Shown here one piece after another: positions 20,704 to 31,891 of a stretch of 64,000 nucleotides of DNA. How positions within the stretch are numbered: position 1 is the first letter of the stretch; each line of letters opens with the position of its first letter. The stretch spans positions 5,120,001 to 5,184,000 of the forward strand of contig OY762007.1 in the NCBI GenBank assembly GCA_963665115.1, read 5' to 3'. The notes below the pieces were generated by a model, which saw only the letters and a program-made list of their open reading frames with translations, searched no databases and had not been told where the DNA came from. The DNA comes from an uncultured Rivularia sp. (GTDB lineage: Bacteria > Cyanobacteriota > Cyanobacteriia > Cyanobacteriales > Nostocaceae). The position numbers were made by a program, and so were the translations under genes.

Positions 20704-20877
20704 AGCTGTTACGCACTTAATTTGTATAATACCCTTCGTGCAAGATGCATTGTCCTCGCGGACACGCTGCGTTAGCGGAGCGAGACGATAGTCTTAGGCA
20801 GCACTGCAATACTTTTAATTTTATGTCCTTCGGACACGCTGCGCTAACACATTATATAATTTAGCTGCATATTAGCT
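20704..20877. mobile_element. TA-flanked MITE (AGCTG...TAGCT), sister of 58577-58675, with nested mini-inserts
   Basis: Ends TAAGCTGTTACGCACTTAATTTGTAT / AATTTAGCTGCATATTAGCTTA are nearly identical to the 58.6 kb copy. Confidence 0.8.
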
Positions 20878-20887
20878 TAATTCAAAC

Positions 20888-22438
20888 TTAGTCTTTTAAA
20901 CAAACAAAGTTTTTCTCAATCTCAACCTGACAATTTAATACTTCTGCTAGAACTTCACAACTGCGACGGGCAGCCCAAATTTCTACTTCAAGATTATCTT
21001 CACCAGAAACAGTTATTTCTAACTTTTCCTGTAATACCTGACAAGAAATCCGTTCGACTCGTTGATTTTTGGTTTTGTTTAATGCTACTGCAATTCTCAG
21101 AATTCCTGAAAGCAATTTAACGATAGAGCGATGGTATTTGGAGAGCTTTTTAAAGTTTTTGTGTTTAGTAGTTGGTTTTGCTTTGTAATGGTAGCGAATT
21201 AAATGCCCGATTAATAGCATCTCTTCATCCGTAAATCCTCTAGGATCGGTTTGTCTGAGAATAAAGCGCGAGTTTTTGTGATACTGCTTAAAAGAGATAA
21301 ACTGTCCAATATCATGAAGTAAAGCCGCAAATTCCAAAATTTCTCGTTCAAAATCGCCGTATTTGTGCAGTTCTTGAGTTTGGTCAAATAGTTGCAGTGC
21401 TAAATTGGCAATATGTCGATTTTCTTCCCAATCCGATCCATATTTATAAACAAGATGCGCTGCTTTACGGTATCGCAAATTTATTGGTTCGGGGAAAGTA
21501 GCAACCTCTTGAGAATGCCGTTCTAAATAATCTAAAATCATTCCTTCTCGTAGGGAAGCATCACAAAGAGTAATTTCTTTAACTCCTGCCATCTGTAATA
21601 GCTGCACCAGTAGCACTCCCCCCAAATGAATTGCATCGGCGCGTTTATCGCTAACTTCCTCAACTTCGGCACGCTCTTCTAGATCCATTTTCAGAAGTTT
21701 CTGAGTCAACTTATTAATGTCTTCTAGCTGTACCACTTCGGAATTAACCGATCGCAATGATTCCCCACCAGCAGCTATATGGGCAGCCTCTCCCATAGTA
21801 CGAATCGTTCCTGATGTGCCAATTACTCGCTCAAAGCCAACTTTATTTATCTTCTCAAAAATTTTTTGACCGATAAAGCGAATGTGAGCTTCTAAAACAC
21901 CTCGCCCTTCGGCACTTACAGAACCTTTATCTTCAAACATATCCAGCAAACGTAGAACCCCAAGCGGCATACTATCGCTTTCGTAAATTTTAGAGCGATC
22001 GCCTACAACTGCTTCCGTACTACCTCCACCAATATCGATAACTAAAACTCGATCTTCTTCGAGCGCTATCGAATTACGAACGGCAAGAAAAATTAATCGT
22101 GCTTCTTCTTTTCCAGAAATAATTCTCGGACTAATACCAGTCTGAGCAAGCACTTCGTTTAAAAAATCTTCTCCGTTGCGTGCCTCACGAATAGCACTGG
22201 TTGCAGCAGTAATTATTTCATCTACACCAAGGCGATTGGCTAATTGAACGTAGCGACTAATAGTTTCGATACCTAATTTAAAGGCGCGATCGCTAATGTA
22301 GTTAGAAGCAAATACCCCCACTCCCAGCTTTACCATTTCCTTCTCGCGCTCAAGAATATCAAAGTTAGCAACGCTAGTAGCTTCGACGATAATCATGTGA
22401 ATGGAATTGGTACCTATATCGATCGCTGCTAACTTCAT
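20888..22438 (-). CDS. ppx: Ppx/GppA family exopolyphosphatase
   Basis: AAIDIGTNS, ATSAIREA.NG, DIGGGSTE, LREG, HD domain LLHDIG. Confidence 0.9.
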   Translation of the reverse strand: MKLAAIDIGTNSIHMIIVEATSVANFDILEREKEMVKLGVGVFASNYISDRAFKLGIETISRYVQLANRLGVDEIITAATSAIREARNGEDFLNEVLAQTGISPRIISGKEEARLIFLAVRNSIALEEDRVLVIDIGGGSTEAVVGDRSKIYESDSMPLGVLRLLDMFEDKGSVSAEGRGVLEAHIRFIGQKIFEKINKVGFERVIGTSGTIRTMGEAAHIAAGGESLRSVNSEVVQLEDINKLTQKLLKMDLEERAEVEEVSDKRADAIHLGGVLLVQLLQMAGVKEITLCDASLREGMILDYLERHSQEVATFPEPINLRYRKAAHLVYKYGSDWEENRHIANLALQLFDQTQELHKYGDFEREILEFAALLHDIGQFISFKQYHKNSRFILRQTDPRGFTDEEMLLIGHLIRYHYKAKPTTKHKNFKKLSKYHRSIVKLLSGILRIAVALNKTKNQRVERISCQVLQEKLEITVSGEDNLEVEIWAARRSCEVLAEVLNCQVEIEKNFVCLKD

Positions 22439-22589
22439 ATATATAATTTTTAAAAATTGTGTTAGTTAAATTGTCAATGTTAACAACACAATCATAGGGC
22501 TTAGGCAAAACTAACGCAATTGCGTCCAAAACTGAGCTATGAGCCGCTCTACCTTGATATAAGTTCTATTACTGGTAACTGATAACTGC

Positions 22590-25067
22590 TCACCGCAATT
22601 GATGACGCGCTGCTTGTAAAAGTAAACCTTGCTCGGCACGGTAAATTGCTTGATAAGTCCGCTCTAACGCTTCTGGCTCAACGGATATAGAAGTGATTCC
22701 CCATTCCACAAGCTTTTCGATCATTTCTGGATACAATGCTGGTGCTTGTCCGCAGATAGAACAAGGAATACTCGCTTCTTTTGCCATGTTGATTAGTCGA
22801 GATACAGCACCCATTACTACCGGATGACGTTCATCAAAGCTTTTTGCTAATATTGCTTGATCCCTATCTACTCCCAGTAATAATTGTGTTAGGTCATTAG
22901 TACCAATTGAAATTCCCTGCACTCCTGCTTTGACATATTCTGGCAGCAAAAATAATACGCTTGGCACTTCTGCCATAATCCAAAGTTCAAATTCTTTGAT
23001 GTCGGTTAATCCTGCTTGTTCCACTTTTCGGCGACAAAAAGAAAATTCTTCTACAGTGCGAACAAAAGGTAATATTAAACGGATATTATGATAGCCCGAT
23101 TGCTGTACGCTTTTAAGTGCTGTTAATTCCATATCAAACAGTTCGGAATTAATCGTGTAGCTAAAAGTCCCGCGCTGACCTAATGCTGTTTCTGGTTCGG
23201 CTGCTTCCACTCCATGATGGTGAAGGCCTGGTAGTTCGTGGGTTCGCCAATCTAAGGAACGATAATAAACTGGTTTTGGAGAAAAAGTACGCACGAATTC
23301 TAGTATTCTTTTTGTCCATAAATCCAGTAATTGTTCGTGTCGTCCGTCTCTAATCCAGGTATAAGGGTTTTCTCGATTAAGTATGCTTAATACCATCAGT
23401 TCCGAACGTAATAGCCCTACACCATCCACTGGAGAACAAAGCGCTTTGTCTATCATCGTGGGTTGGCTTAAGTTAACCATCAATCGCGTGGAAGTCATGG
23501 GTAGATTTGTGGATGGGTGAGAAATTAAAGGCGAAGATGAAGGAACCCATGTGGCAGGATTAATTGATGCTGCACCTTGAGAGGAAACACTGAGAATGGA
23601 AGATTCGGAGAAAGAGTGTTTTTCTTCCTTGTCATCTACAATTGCACGATCAATATGCGGTTCAATATGCTCTTTACCGTCATTAAGACGATTTACTTCT
23701 CCACTATCACCGTCGATCAGTAGGCGATCGCCATTTTTTATAAGTGTTGTAACGTTCTTAATTCCCACAACTGCTGGAATACCTAATTCTCTAGCAATAA
23801 TTGCAGCATGGCTGGTTAAACCTCCTTTTTCTGTAACAATACCGCTTACTTGTTGCAGCACAGGCAACCAATCAGGAGTAATTTGAGATGCTACTAAAAT
23901 TGTGTTGGAGGGAAGTTGTTCGATGATGCGGTGTTCACTTCCAATTACAACGGCATTTGCCGATACTTGTCCCTTAGCTACTCCTATTCCTTTAACTGAA
24001 AAATTGTTGGATAAATTATTGGATAAAGTATTAGATAAAATATCTACTGGTTTACTAACTTTTGTCAGGTATAGCTTCTGTGAATTTGCTTCTTCTACTA
24101 AAATCCAATTCACTAAGTAGTCTTTACCAAGCTGAAAAACAAGTTGATTTGCTAATTCGGTTATTTGCTGCAAATCATGCTCTGACAATACGTACTGTTG
24201 CTGTTGTACTTCCTCCAAAAGACTTACTTGCAAACAAGTTTTCTCTGTTTTCTCCAAAGTAAGTACCGATGTTTGCCCTTGTTGCAAAGATTCGTCAATC
24301 GCACCATTTTCACAACGATAAGCCAGGATTTTATTACCCAAGTGCTGTTCTGATATTACGCCAGTTTTTGGTTCTACATAATAAACATCCGGTTGGACTT
24401 CACCCCAGTTAATTGCTACCCCCAATCCCCAGGTTGCTTGAATTTCCCATCTTGAAGGATTAGCCTGTAACGAACCACTTGCAATTACATTGTTAATCGG
24501 TTGGACTAAAACTGCTAAATTAATCGAACGTAAGTCAACTCCAGTCTTTTGCCAATAAAGTAAACTTTTAGCACTAAATAATTGACTCCAAACACGCTTT
24601 AAAGCTAATATTATTTCTTGCTCTTCACGAAGGCAAAATACAGAATCATATAACCCAGAACAATTTTCCGTCTTATTCTTTGCGTTGGGTAGTGCGACAC
24701 TTGGACGAAAAACCAAATACGAACTTTCCCATGTTTTGAGTGCTTCGTAAATTTGTGCGTGCAACCCCGACGGCAAACTCGAACTCATAATTTCTTGACG
24801 CAAACGTAAAGCTACTTGCTGTAGTTGTCGCCAATTATCAACATCTAAATGCAAGGAAGAATCAGCTAATTCAGCTACTAATGTTTGAGAAGCAGTCTTG
24901 TTTTCTAACTTATTTTCCAAATATTCATGCAAAATTTCTGCTGAAACTACAAATCCAGGTATTACTGGATATCCATGTTCAATTATCTGACTCAAGTTAA
25001 CGGCTTTATCTCCTACTTGAGTTTGATGTGATGGTTTTATTTCATTCAGCCAGTACAGTTTATTCAC
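22590..25067 (-). CDS. PEP-synthase-like protein (PpsA-like, degenerate terminal domains)
   Basis: Phospho-His motif GGLTSHAAIIARELGIP, GVGLLRSE, MAEVPS, SIGTNDLTQ, ICGQAP. Confidence 0.85.
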   Translation of the reverse strand: MNKLYWLNEIKPSHQTQVGDKAVNLSQIIEHGYPVIPGFVVSAEILHEYLENKLENKTASQTLVAELADSSLHLDVDNWRQLQQVALRLRQEIMSSSLPSGLHAQIYEALKTWESSYLVFRPSVALPNAKNKTENCSGLYDSVFCLREEQEIILALKRVWSQLFSAKSLLYWQKTGVDLRSINLAVLVQPINNVIASGSLQANPSRWEIQATWGLGVAINWGEVQPDVYYVEPKTGVISEQHLGNKILAYRCENGAIDESLQQGQTSVLTLEKTEKTCLQVSLLEEVQQQQYVLSEHDLQQITELANQLVFQLGKDYLVNWILVEEANSQKLYLTKVSKPVDILSNTLSNNLSNNFSVKGIGVAKGQVSANAVVIGSEHRIIEQLPSNTILVASQITPDWLPVLQQVSGIVTEKGGLTSHAAIIARELGIPAVVGIKNVTTLIKNGDRLLIDGDSGEVNRLNDGKEHIEPHIDRAIVDDKEEKHSFSESSILSVSSQGAASINPATWVPSSSPLISHPSTNLPMTSTRLMVNLSQPTMIDKALCSPVDGVGLLRSELMVLSILNRENPYTWIRDGRHEQLLDLWTKRILEFVRTFSPKPVYYRSLDWRTHELPGLHHHGVEAAEPETALGQRGTFSYTINSELFDMELTALKSVQQSGYHNIRLILPFVRTVEEFSFCRRKVEQAGLTDIKEFELWIMAEVPSVLFLLPEYVKAGVQGISIGTNDLTQLLLGVDRDQAILAKSFDERHPVVMGAVSRLINMAKEASIPCSICGQAPALYPEMIEKLVEWGITSISVEPEALERTYQAIYRAEQGLLLQAARHQLR

Positions 25068-25972
25068 TCAAATAATTCTAATTACGAAAACGTGCTATCT
25101 TTACGATCTGAAAAATCTGAACTTTATTGCTAATTGTGAGTTTTTGACCGAAAATGTTTTTTCAGCAATCGTAAAATATCTCATATAAAAATTAATTCAA
25201 TCTCTATAAGTTTTGTAAACTAGATCCAGAAGAAGAATGTATTTAAATCCAAACCAAATTAGATACGAAATTACTTATTAATTCCTCTATCCGTAGGAGT
25301 ATAGTTTTAACTACTGCTTTATATTTATTAATAATTGTACAGAGAATACTGCAATTTAATCTGTTAGTATTCCTAATACTGAGGATAAATATTTGACTCA
25401 GAAGTATAAAACAGATATGCCGCGAACTTTTGAGGATGTTTTGCTAATCTGAATCTGAGTTATTTTACATTGGTTTTAAAATTATATCACGCTGAATCGA
25501 GAGTCATCAACTTTATTCTCATATCAAGAAGGAAGTTATTAATTAATTAATTAGCTTTCTTATTTATTGTATGTTAATTAGACTATAGTCATATTTTTAA
25601 GTAGGGCTTACTGAAAAAATATTCAATCCTACATATGGTTTATTTTTTCAAAATATCGGACACAAGTACCGGATTGCTGAATACAAAAATTATTATTAAA
25701 GTACTTACAGTATTAATTATAAACTTTTGCAAATAAACTTTTCAGATGAAATCTCGTTTTTATATTTTTAGTGAAAATTATCAAAAATATTCATTTTGTA
25801 TTTATTATGCGGCATTAAATCGTCGTATAGGGAACAGACAATAGGGAGTAGAGGAGAAAGACGATATTAGTAAATAAGATTATTTTTTGGAACGCGATCG
25901 TATTTTATAGTAGGTATAAAATGCATTTTTTACCAAAACAATATACTGCTCCAAAAATCGAATTATGAAAAA

Positions 25973-27107
25973 TTAAAAAACAGCAGCTTTAGCCGAAAGT
26001 TTTCCTCCACTAACCGTAAGAATTTGCGAGGAATTTAACCATTGAGAATCGAAAGAACCTAAATGAGTAGTAGTAATTAGAGTTTGAAACCTATCTTGGA
26101 TAGCATCAAGTAATTGATTTTGACGTGAGGGGGTCTAATTCAGCCAAAACATCATCTAATAAAAGTAGTGGTGGTTCCCCAACAACTTCTTCAATTAGCT
26201 GTAATTCTGCTAACTTCAGCGCTAAAACTAGAGTTCGCTGCTGACCTTGAGAGCCGTACTGACGCGCAGGAGTATCGTTTATTGTTAATTCAATTTCATC
26301 TCGATGCGGCCCGACAAGGGTAGTACCTTGATGCATTTCAGCAACCGCTCGCTGTTGAATTTTATCCAAAAAAGCGTGCTGTACCTCTTCTGGATGAGTT
26401 TCTGACAAAGGGATATTAGGGGCGTACTGTATCTGGAGATTTTCAGTAGAACCGCTAATATTGGAATGCCATAATTTAGCAATTGGAGCGAGTCGCCCTA
26501 TAGCGCGTTCCCGTCGTCGAATTACTCTGGTACCAGTAATTACTAACTGAGTATCCCACAGCGCTAATTGGGATTTTAAAGAATTTTCATGTAAATTATC
26601 TTTCTGGCTTTTCAAAAAAGCATTGCGCTGTCGTAACACTTTTTGATATTGCTGTAAAATATGAGCGTATACAGGTTCAAGCTGAATCAATAAGGTATCG
26701 AGCCATCTGCGACGATTTTCGGGACCACCTCGTACTAAATCTAAATCTAAAGAAGAGAACTCCACCGCATTTAATACACCGAGAAAATCCATCTGACGGC
26801 GAAGATTTTCGCTATTAAGATTAACCGTGCGGCGACCGTTACTACGTAAAGTTAAAATAAGTTGGCTCGATCCAACTTCTCGTTTTAGGCTAGCACTAAC
26901 TCGGGCTAAAGATTCCTCATCCTTAACCAAATCCTTATCGCGGGAAGTGCGGTGACTTTTTAAAGTTGCGAGTAACTCCACAGCTTCGAGTAAATTAGAT
27001 TTTCCCTGAGCATTATCACCAACCAAAATTGTTTTTGGAGCAGAAAACTCTACTATTTGTTCTTGATAATTACGAAAATTTCGGAGACTCAGGGTTTTGA
27101 GGAACAT
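25973..27107 (-). CDS. recF: DNA replication/repair protein RecF (split by +1 base at ~26129-26133)
   Basis: [34 protein letters not shown]; frame repair gives [21 protein letters not shown]. Confidence 0.93.
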
Positions 27108-27432
27108 GAGGAAAGAGTTAGTGGTTAGTGGTTAGTTGTTAGTTGTTAGTTGTTAGGAATTATAAGTTTTTGTACAATTTAGATTTTGGATTGTGAAATA
27201 GTTAACAGATAAGTTTTAAGGCTTTCATGACGATCGATATTTTTGCAGTTAGTAATTGTCAGATAGCTGTGAGGATTTTTAATCTTCAATCTTTAAGCTT
27301 ATTCACAACTAACTTTATAGGCTTGCGCTTCGCTAACGCACTACCAATATATTTCAATAATTGGGATGCTCCGCTACAACAAACCCTCGAACAACTAACA
27401 ACTAACAACTATCAACTAACAACTAACTATTC

Positions 27433-30297
27433 TTAAACGTTTTTCTTGCCAATTATGCGGAAGAACAGTTTTTCCAACTCCACCCAAACAAACATTAAAG
27501 CACTAAAGCCTAAACAGATTCCTAATTCGGGCAAACTTATAACGTGCGTACCAAAGAAGTTTTGTAGGGGTGGAACGTATATTAACATTAACTGCAAAAT
27601 GGTAGTTAAAACAACAGCCGCTAGTAAGTAGGGATTGGAAAAGGGATTTATTTCTATAGTTAATTGGTTGTTGGAACGAATTGCGATCGCGTGTCCCATT
27701 TGAGCAATACATAAGGTAGTAAACACCATTGTTTTCCAACGTTCGGGATCGAGTCCGTTTGCATCGGGAACTGCCCCATGAGTATGAGAATAAGCCCACC
27801 GCATCAGAATAATAGTAATAATTGCGAAGACAATTCCGATGCGAATCATGTAAGAACCTAAACCCCGAGCAAAAATACTTTCTTTGGGGCTAAAAGGTGG
27901 ACGCTTCATGACATCGGGTTCGGGAGGTTCGACTGCTAATGCTAAAGCTGGTAAACCGTCAGTTACCAAATTCATCCACAAAATTTGTAGCGGTATTAAG
28001 GGGACTCCTCCCATCGGTAACAAAATCGGGGAAGCAGCAATGGTAATAACTTCACCGATGTTACTTCCAAGAATATATTTGATGAAGCGGCGAATATTTG
28101 TATATACCACCCTACCTTCTTTAGTCGCAGCAACAATGGTGGCGAAGTTGTCATCTAATAGCACCATATCGCTGGCTTCTTTGCTCACGTCAGTACCCGT
28201 AATGCCCATAGCAATACCGATATCGGCTTGTTTGAGGGCTGGTGCATCGTTAACACCGTCACCAGTCATGGCTACAAATTTATCCCGACGCTGTAAAGCT
28301 TGAACGATCCGTAATTTGTGTTCGGGGGAAACTCTAGCGTAGATGCTGACATTATCAACGTTTTGCTCTAACTCAGCATCGCTCATTCGCTGCAATTCTT
28401 GACCTGTCAATACTTTATCGTTGGAATCAGCAATACCCAAATCGGTGGCGATCGCCTTTGCCGTAAGTTGATGATCTCCAGTAATCATCACCGGACGAAT
28501 TCCTGCTTCTCGACATTCATGTACTGCTTTTCTTACTTCCGAACGTGGAGCGTCGAGCATTCCTACCAATCCCAACCACACCAGTTGTTGTTCGCTTTGT
28601 TCTTCAGAATTTTCTGATGGTTGTTCGCTGATTGCTTTGTAAGCGAAACCCAATACTCGTAAACCTTCACCAGCCATACGGTTATTTGCTGCTAAAACTT
28701 GTTCTCGTTGTTCTTGAGTAAGTTCAACTGCACTATTCCCCGCGTACATCTGAGTACAGCGTTGCAGAATTAATTCTGGCGAACCTTTGGTAAACATCAA
28801 ATAACTTTCATTATTCTTTACCAGATTGCTAATTGCCGGGTCAACATCTGGAATAATTGAAATACCATTATCTATTTGTTCCACCTGACAAATTACGCTC
28901 ATCCGCTTGCGTTCGGAAGAAAAAGGAAATTCGCCAACCCGAGGTAATTTGCTGTTCCACTGGTCTTGTTCTATTCCTGCTTTCCCTGCTAAAGTTACCA
29001 AAGCTCCTTCCGTAGGGTCGCCAAGAATTATCCAATCACCTTTTTCTTGCTGCAAAACCGCATCATTACAAATAGCGCAGGGAATTAATAAAGGTGGGAT
29101 TTCTGGATAATCTTCTACATCAATACTTTCACCATCAACTTCAAAATCCCCAAAAGGAACGTAACCTTCTCCCGTAACCCGCAATAAATGCTCAGAAGTA
29201 TAAACCGATTGCACCACCATTTTATTCTGAGTCAAAGTGCCAGTTTTATCAGAGCAAATAGTAGTTACCGAACCCAAAGTTTCCACCGCCGGTAACTTAC
29301 GAATCAAAGCATTGTGACGTACCATTCGCTGAGTTCCTAAAGCCAAAGTTACCGTGATTACAGCCGGTAAACCTTCCGGAACCACCGCCACAGCCATACT
29401 CAGAGAAACTTCCACCAACTCTTGTAAATTCCCACCACGCAGCAAACCGATAACAATTACCAGAGCTACTAAAGCTAAAGAACCCCAAACCAACACATTA
29501 CCAAGTTGAGTCATGCGTTGCTGTAGCGGTGTATCTTCTGTCTCTACAGCCTGCAACATTTCCGCAATTTTACCCAATTCGGTTTTCATCCCGGTGTGAG
29601 TTACCAAAACTTTGGCACGTCCTTGAAGAACTTCCGTACCTTGGAAAACTAAATTAATTCTGTCACCCAAACTTGTTTCTTCAGGTAACTTAGTTTCTAC
29701 CCGTTTATTAACAGCTTCGGCTTCTCCCGTCAGCGCCGATTCCCGTATTTTTAAATTCGATTGTTCTATTAAACGTCCGTCTGCTGACACCTGTACCCCG
29801 GCTTCCAGCAGCATTATGTCTCCCGGTACTAAATTCTTACCTTCAACATCGAGTAACTTACCGTTGCGAATCACCCGCACGTTAGGAGAAGAAAGCTTTT
29901 TGAGTGCCGCCAAAGCTTTTTCAGCGCGGCTTTCTTGGAGATAGCCCAAAATACCGTTAAGAATAACGATCGCCAAAATTGCGATTGTGTCTTTGAAAGG
30001 AACTTCACCCGGCTTTAAATTCCCCGATTGTAAAGCGAGTAAATCCAAAACCCCTGAAATAATGGCGACAGCAATCAGCATCAATAACATAATGTTCTTG
30101 AACTGATCCACCAGAATTTCCCAGCTACCACGTCCGCCAGACTCTTCTAGTTCGTTAGTACCATATTTTTGCAGTCGCGATTCCACTTCTTGAGACGTTA
30201 AGCCACTGTCTGCATTACCAGAAAGCAGTTCTATCGCTTCATCAACTTCTAAGCTATGCCAAACGGCTTCATGTTCGGGCAGAGAATGGGCAGACAT
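27433..30297 (-). CDS. Type IIA (Ca2+-type, PacL-like) P-type ATPase
   Basis: [46 protein letters not shown]. Confidence 0.92.
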   Translation of the reverse strand: MSAHSLPEHEAVWHSLEVDEAIELLSGNADSGLTSQEVESRLQKYGTNELEESGGRGSWEILVDQFKNIMLLMLIAVAIISGVLDLLALQSGNLKPGEVPFKDTIAILAIVILNGILGYLQESRAEKALAALKKLSSPNVRVIRNGKLLDVEGKNLVPGDIMLLEAGVQVSADGRLIEQSNLKIRESALTGEAEAVNKRVETKLPEETSLGDRINLVFQGTEVLQGRAKVLVTHTGMKTELGKIAEMLQAVETEDTPLQQRMTQLGNVLVWGSLALVALVIVIGLLRGGNLQELVEVSLSMAVAVVPEGLPAVITVTLALGTQRMVRHNALIRKLPAVETLGSVTTICSDKTGTLTQNKMVVQSVYTSEHLLRVTGEGYVPFGDFEVDGESIDVEDYPEIPPLLIPCAICNDAVLQQEKGDWIILGDPTEGALVTLAGKAGIEQDQWNSKLPRVGEFPFSSERKRMSVICQVEQIDNGISIIPDVDPAISNLVKNNESYLMFTKGSPELILQRCTQMYAGNSAVELTQEQREQVLAANNRMAGEGLRVLGFAYKAISEQPSENSEEQSEQQLVWLGLVGMLDAPRSEVRKAVHECREAGIRPVMITGDHQLTAKAIATDLGIADSNDKVLTGQELQRMSDAELEQNVDNVSIYARVSPEHKLRIVQALQRRDKFVAMTGDGVNDAPALKQADIGIAMGITGTDVSKEASDMVLLDDNFATIVAATKEGRVVYTNIRRFIKYILGSNIGEVITIAASPILLPMGGVPLIPLQILWMNLVTDGLPALALAVEPPEPDVMKRPPFSPKESIFARGLGSYMIRIGIVFAIITIILMRWAYSHTHGAVPDANGLDPERWKTMVFTTLCIAQMGHAIAIRSNNQLTIEINPFSNPYLLAAVVLTTILQLMLIYVPPLQNFFGTHVISLPELGICLGFSALMFVWVELEKLFFRIIGKKNV

Positions 30298-30668
30298 CTT
30301 GTACGTTAAAGGAAATGGTTACAAGAAACAATCATAGCTAAACCATTCGTGGGAGAAACATTCAATTTATCAGTTATCAGTGAGCAGTTACCAGTTATCG
30401 GTTAGATGGTAGATTGGGTTAGACACGAATATTAATTTGATTTGTAACGAGATACATTCCGGAGTGTCGTAACCCAATATTATGAATAATACTCCGCCAG
30501 ATTAATCTTGAAGCGTTACTATAAACCTTGATTACCCCCACTCCCTACTCCCTATATTCGATAACTATCCCTCAGACTGAAGACTTAGGATTAACTTTTG
30601 TGTCAGATGTTAAGTAGATGACAAATTAAAATCCAAAATCATCTGTTGTTAAAATCCAAAATTGAATT

Positions 30669-31785
30669 ATGGCACCTCAAACAGAAGATTTCACTATTGG
30701 AGTGGAAGAAGAATATCAAATTGTTAATCCCCAAACGCGGGAACTTACTTCGCGGGTACAGCAAATTTTACCTTTTGCGAAAAAAACAATTGGTGAGAAA
30801 GTGCATCCTGAAGTTCAACTTTCACAAATTGAAATAGATACTCCTGTTTGTCAAACTCTTGCTGATGTGCGGAGAGAATTGGTGCGGTTGCGAAAGGGAG
30901 TAATTAACGCTGCTGCGAAAGATAGTAATCAAATAGCTTCTTCGGGAACCCATCCGTTTTCATCTTGGAAGGAACAAGATGTAACCCCCAAGGAACGTTA
31001 TAAAAATTTGATCGAAGAATATCAACAGCTAGGAAAAGAACAAGTTATTTTTGGCTGTCACGTTCATGTGGGAATTCGCGATCGCAATTTAGCCATTCAG
31101 GTGATGAACCGAGCGCGAGTTTGGCTGGCTCCGATGTTAGCGCTCTCGTCTTCTTCTCCTTTCTGGATGGGCAGCGATACGGGATACGCTAGCTATCGTA
31201 CAGAAGTTTTTGGTCGATGGCCAATATCGGGGGCCACCGTTAATTTTTGAATCGGAAGCTGAATATAAAAAAGTTGTAGAAGCTTTAGTCAAAAGTAAAA
31301 GTGTAGAAGAAGAAACTAAGATTTATTGGGATATGCGGCTGTGCGTCAAGTATCCTACGGTGGAGTTTCGTATGGCTGATGTCTGTATGACGGTGGATGA
31401 AGCGGTGATGCTAGCCGGACTTACACGCGCTCTAGCCCGAACTTGCTACGATCGAGCCAAAAACAACGTATCATATCCGGCAGCTCGTCACGAACTTATC
31501 CGCGCCGCTCACTGGAGGGCTGCACGCTATGGTTTAGATGCCGACTTGTTGGATGTAGAGGAAGAAAGCGCAATACCCGCACAAGAATTAATTAAGAAGT
31601 TTTTGACCTTTGTACGTCCATCGTTGGAAGAATACGGGGATTGGGATGAAGTTTCTACAATTGTTAAAGAAATTTTGCAGCAGGGTAATGGTGCCTCACG
31701 TCAGCGGGAAGTTTACAAGCGTGCGGGCAAATTAGAAGATGTAGTTGATTATATGGTTGAGGAAACTAAGAAGGGAGTAATTTGA
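30669..31785 (+). CDS. ybdK: Carboxylate-amine ligase (GCS2/YbdK family; split by +1 base at ~31229-31233)
   Basis: TIGVEEEYQ, GTHPF, GCHVHVG, SSPFW, YWDMR, TVEFR, WRAARYG. Confidence 0.88.
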
Positions 31786-31891
31786 AGTTAGAAGTATTTA
31801 ACCTTTAACCTTTGACCTTTAACCTCTTGTCAAAGAGTGAATATCGCAATTAATGTGGTACCTGCGAAACCTTTGAGCGATTTGCCTTAAT

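Noticed and set aside
25068..25972. Hidden gene in the 900-bp intergenic region
   Set aside because: Very AT-rich with no credible ORF or stable structure seen; treated as promoter DNA
27446..29488. Several short ORFs overlapping the P-type ATPase (similar ones overlap ndhF1, rbcR and the kinase)
   Set aside because: Antisense or alternate-frame shadows of well-supported genes
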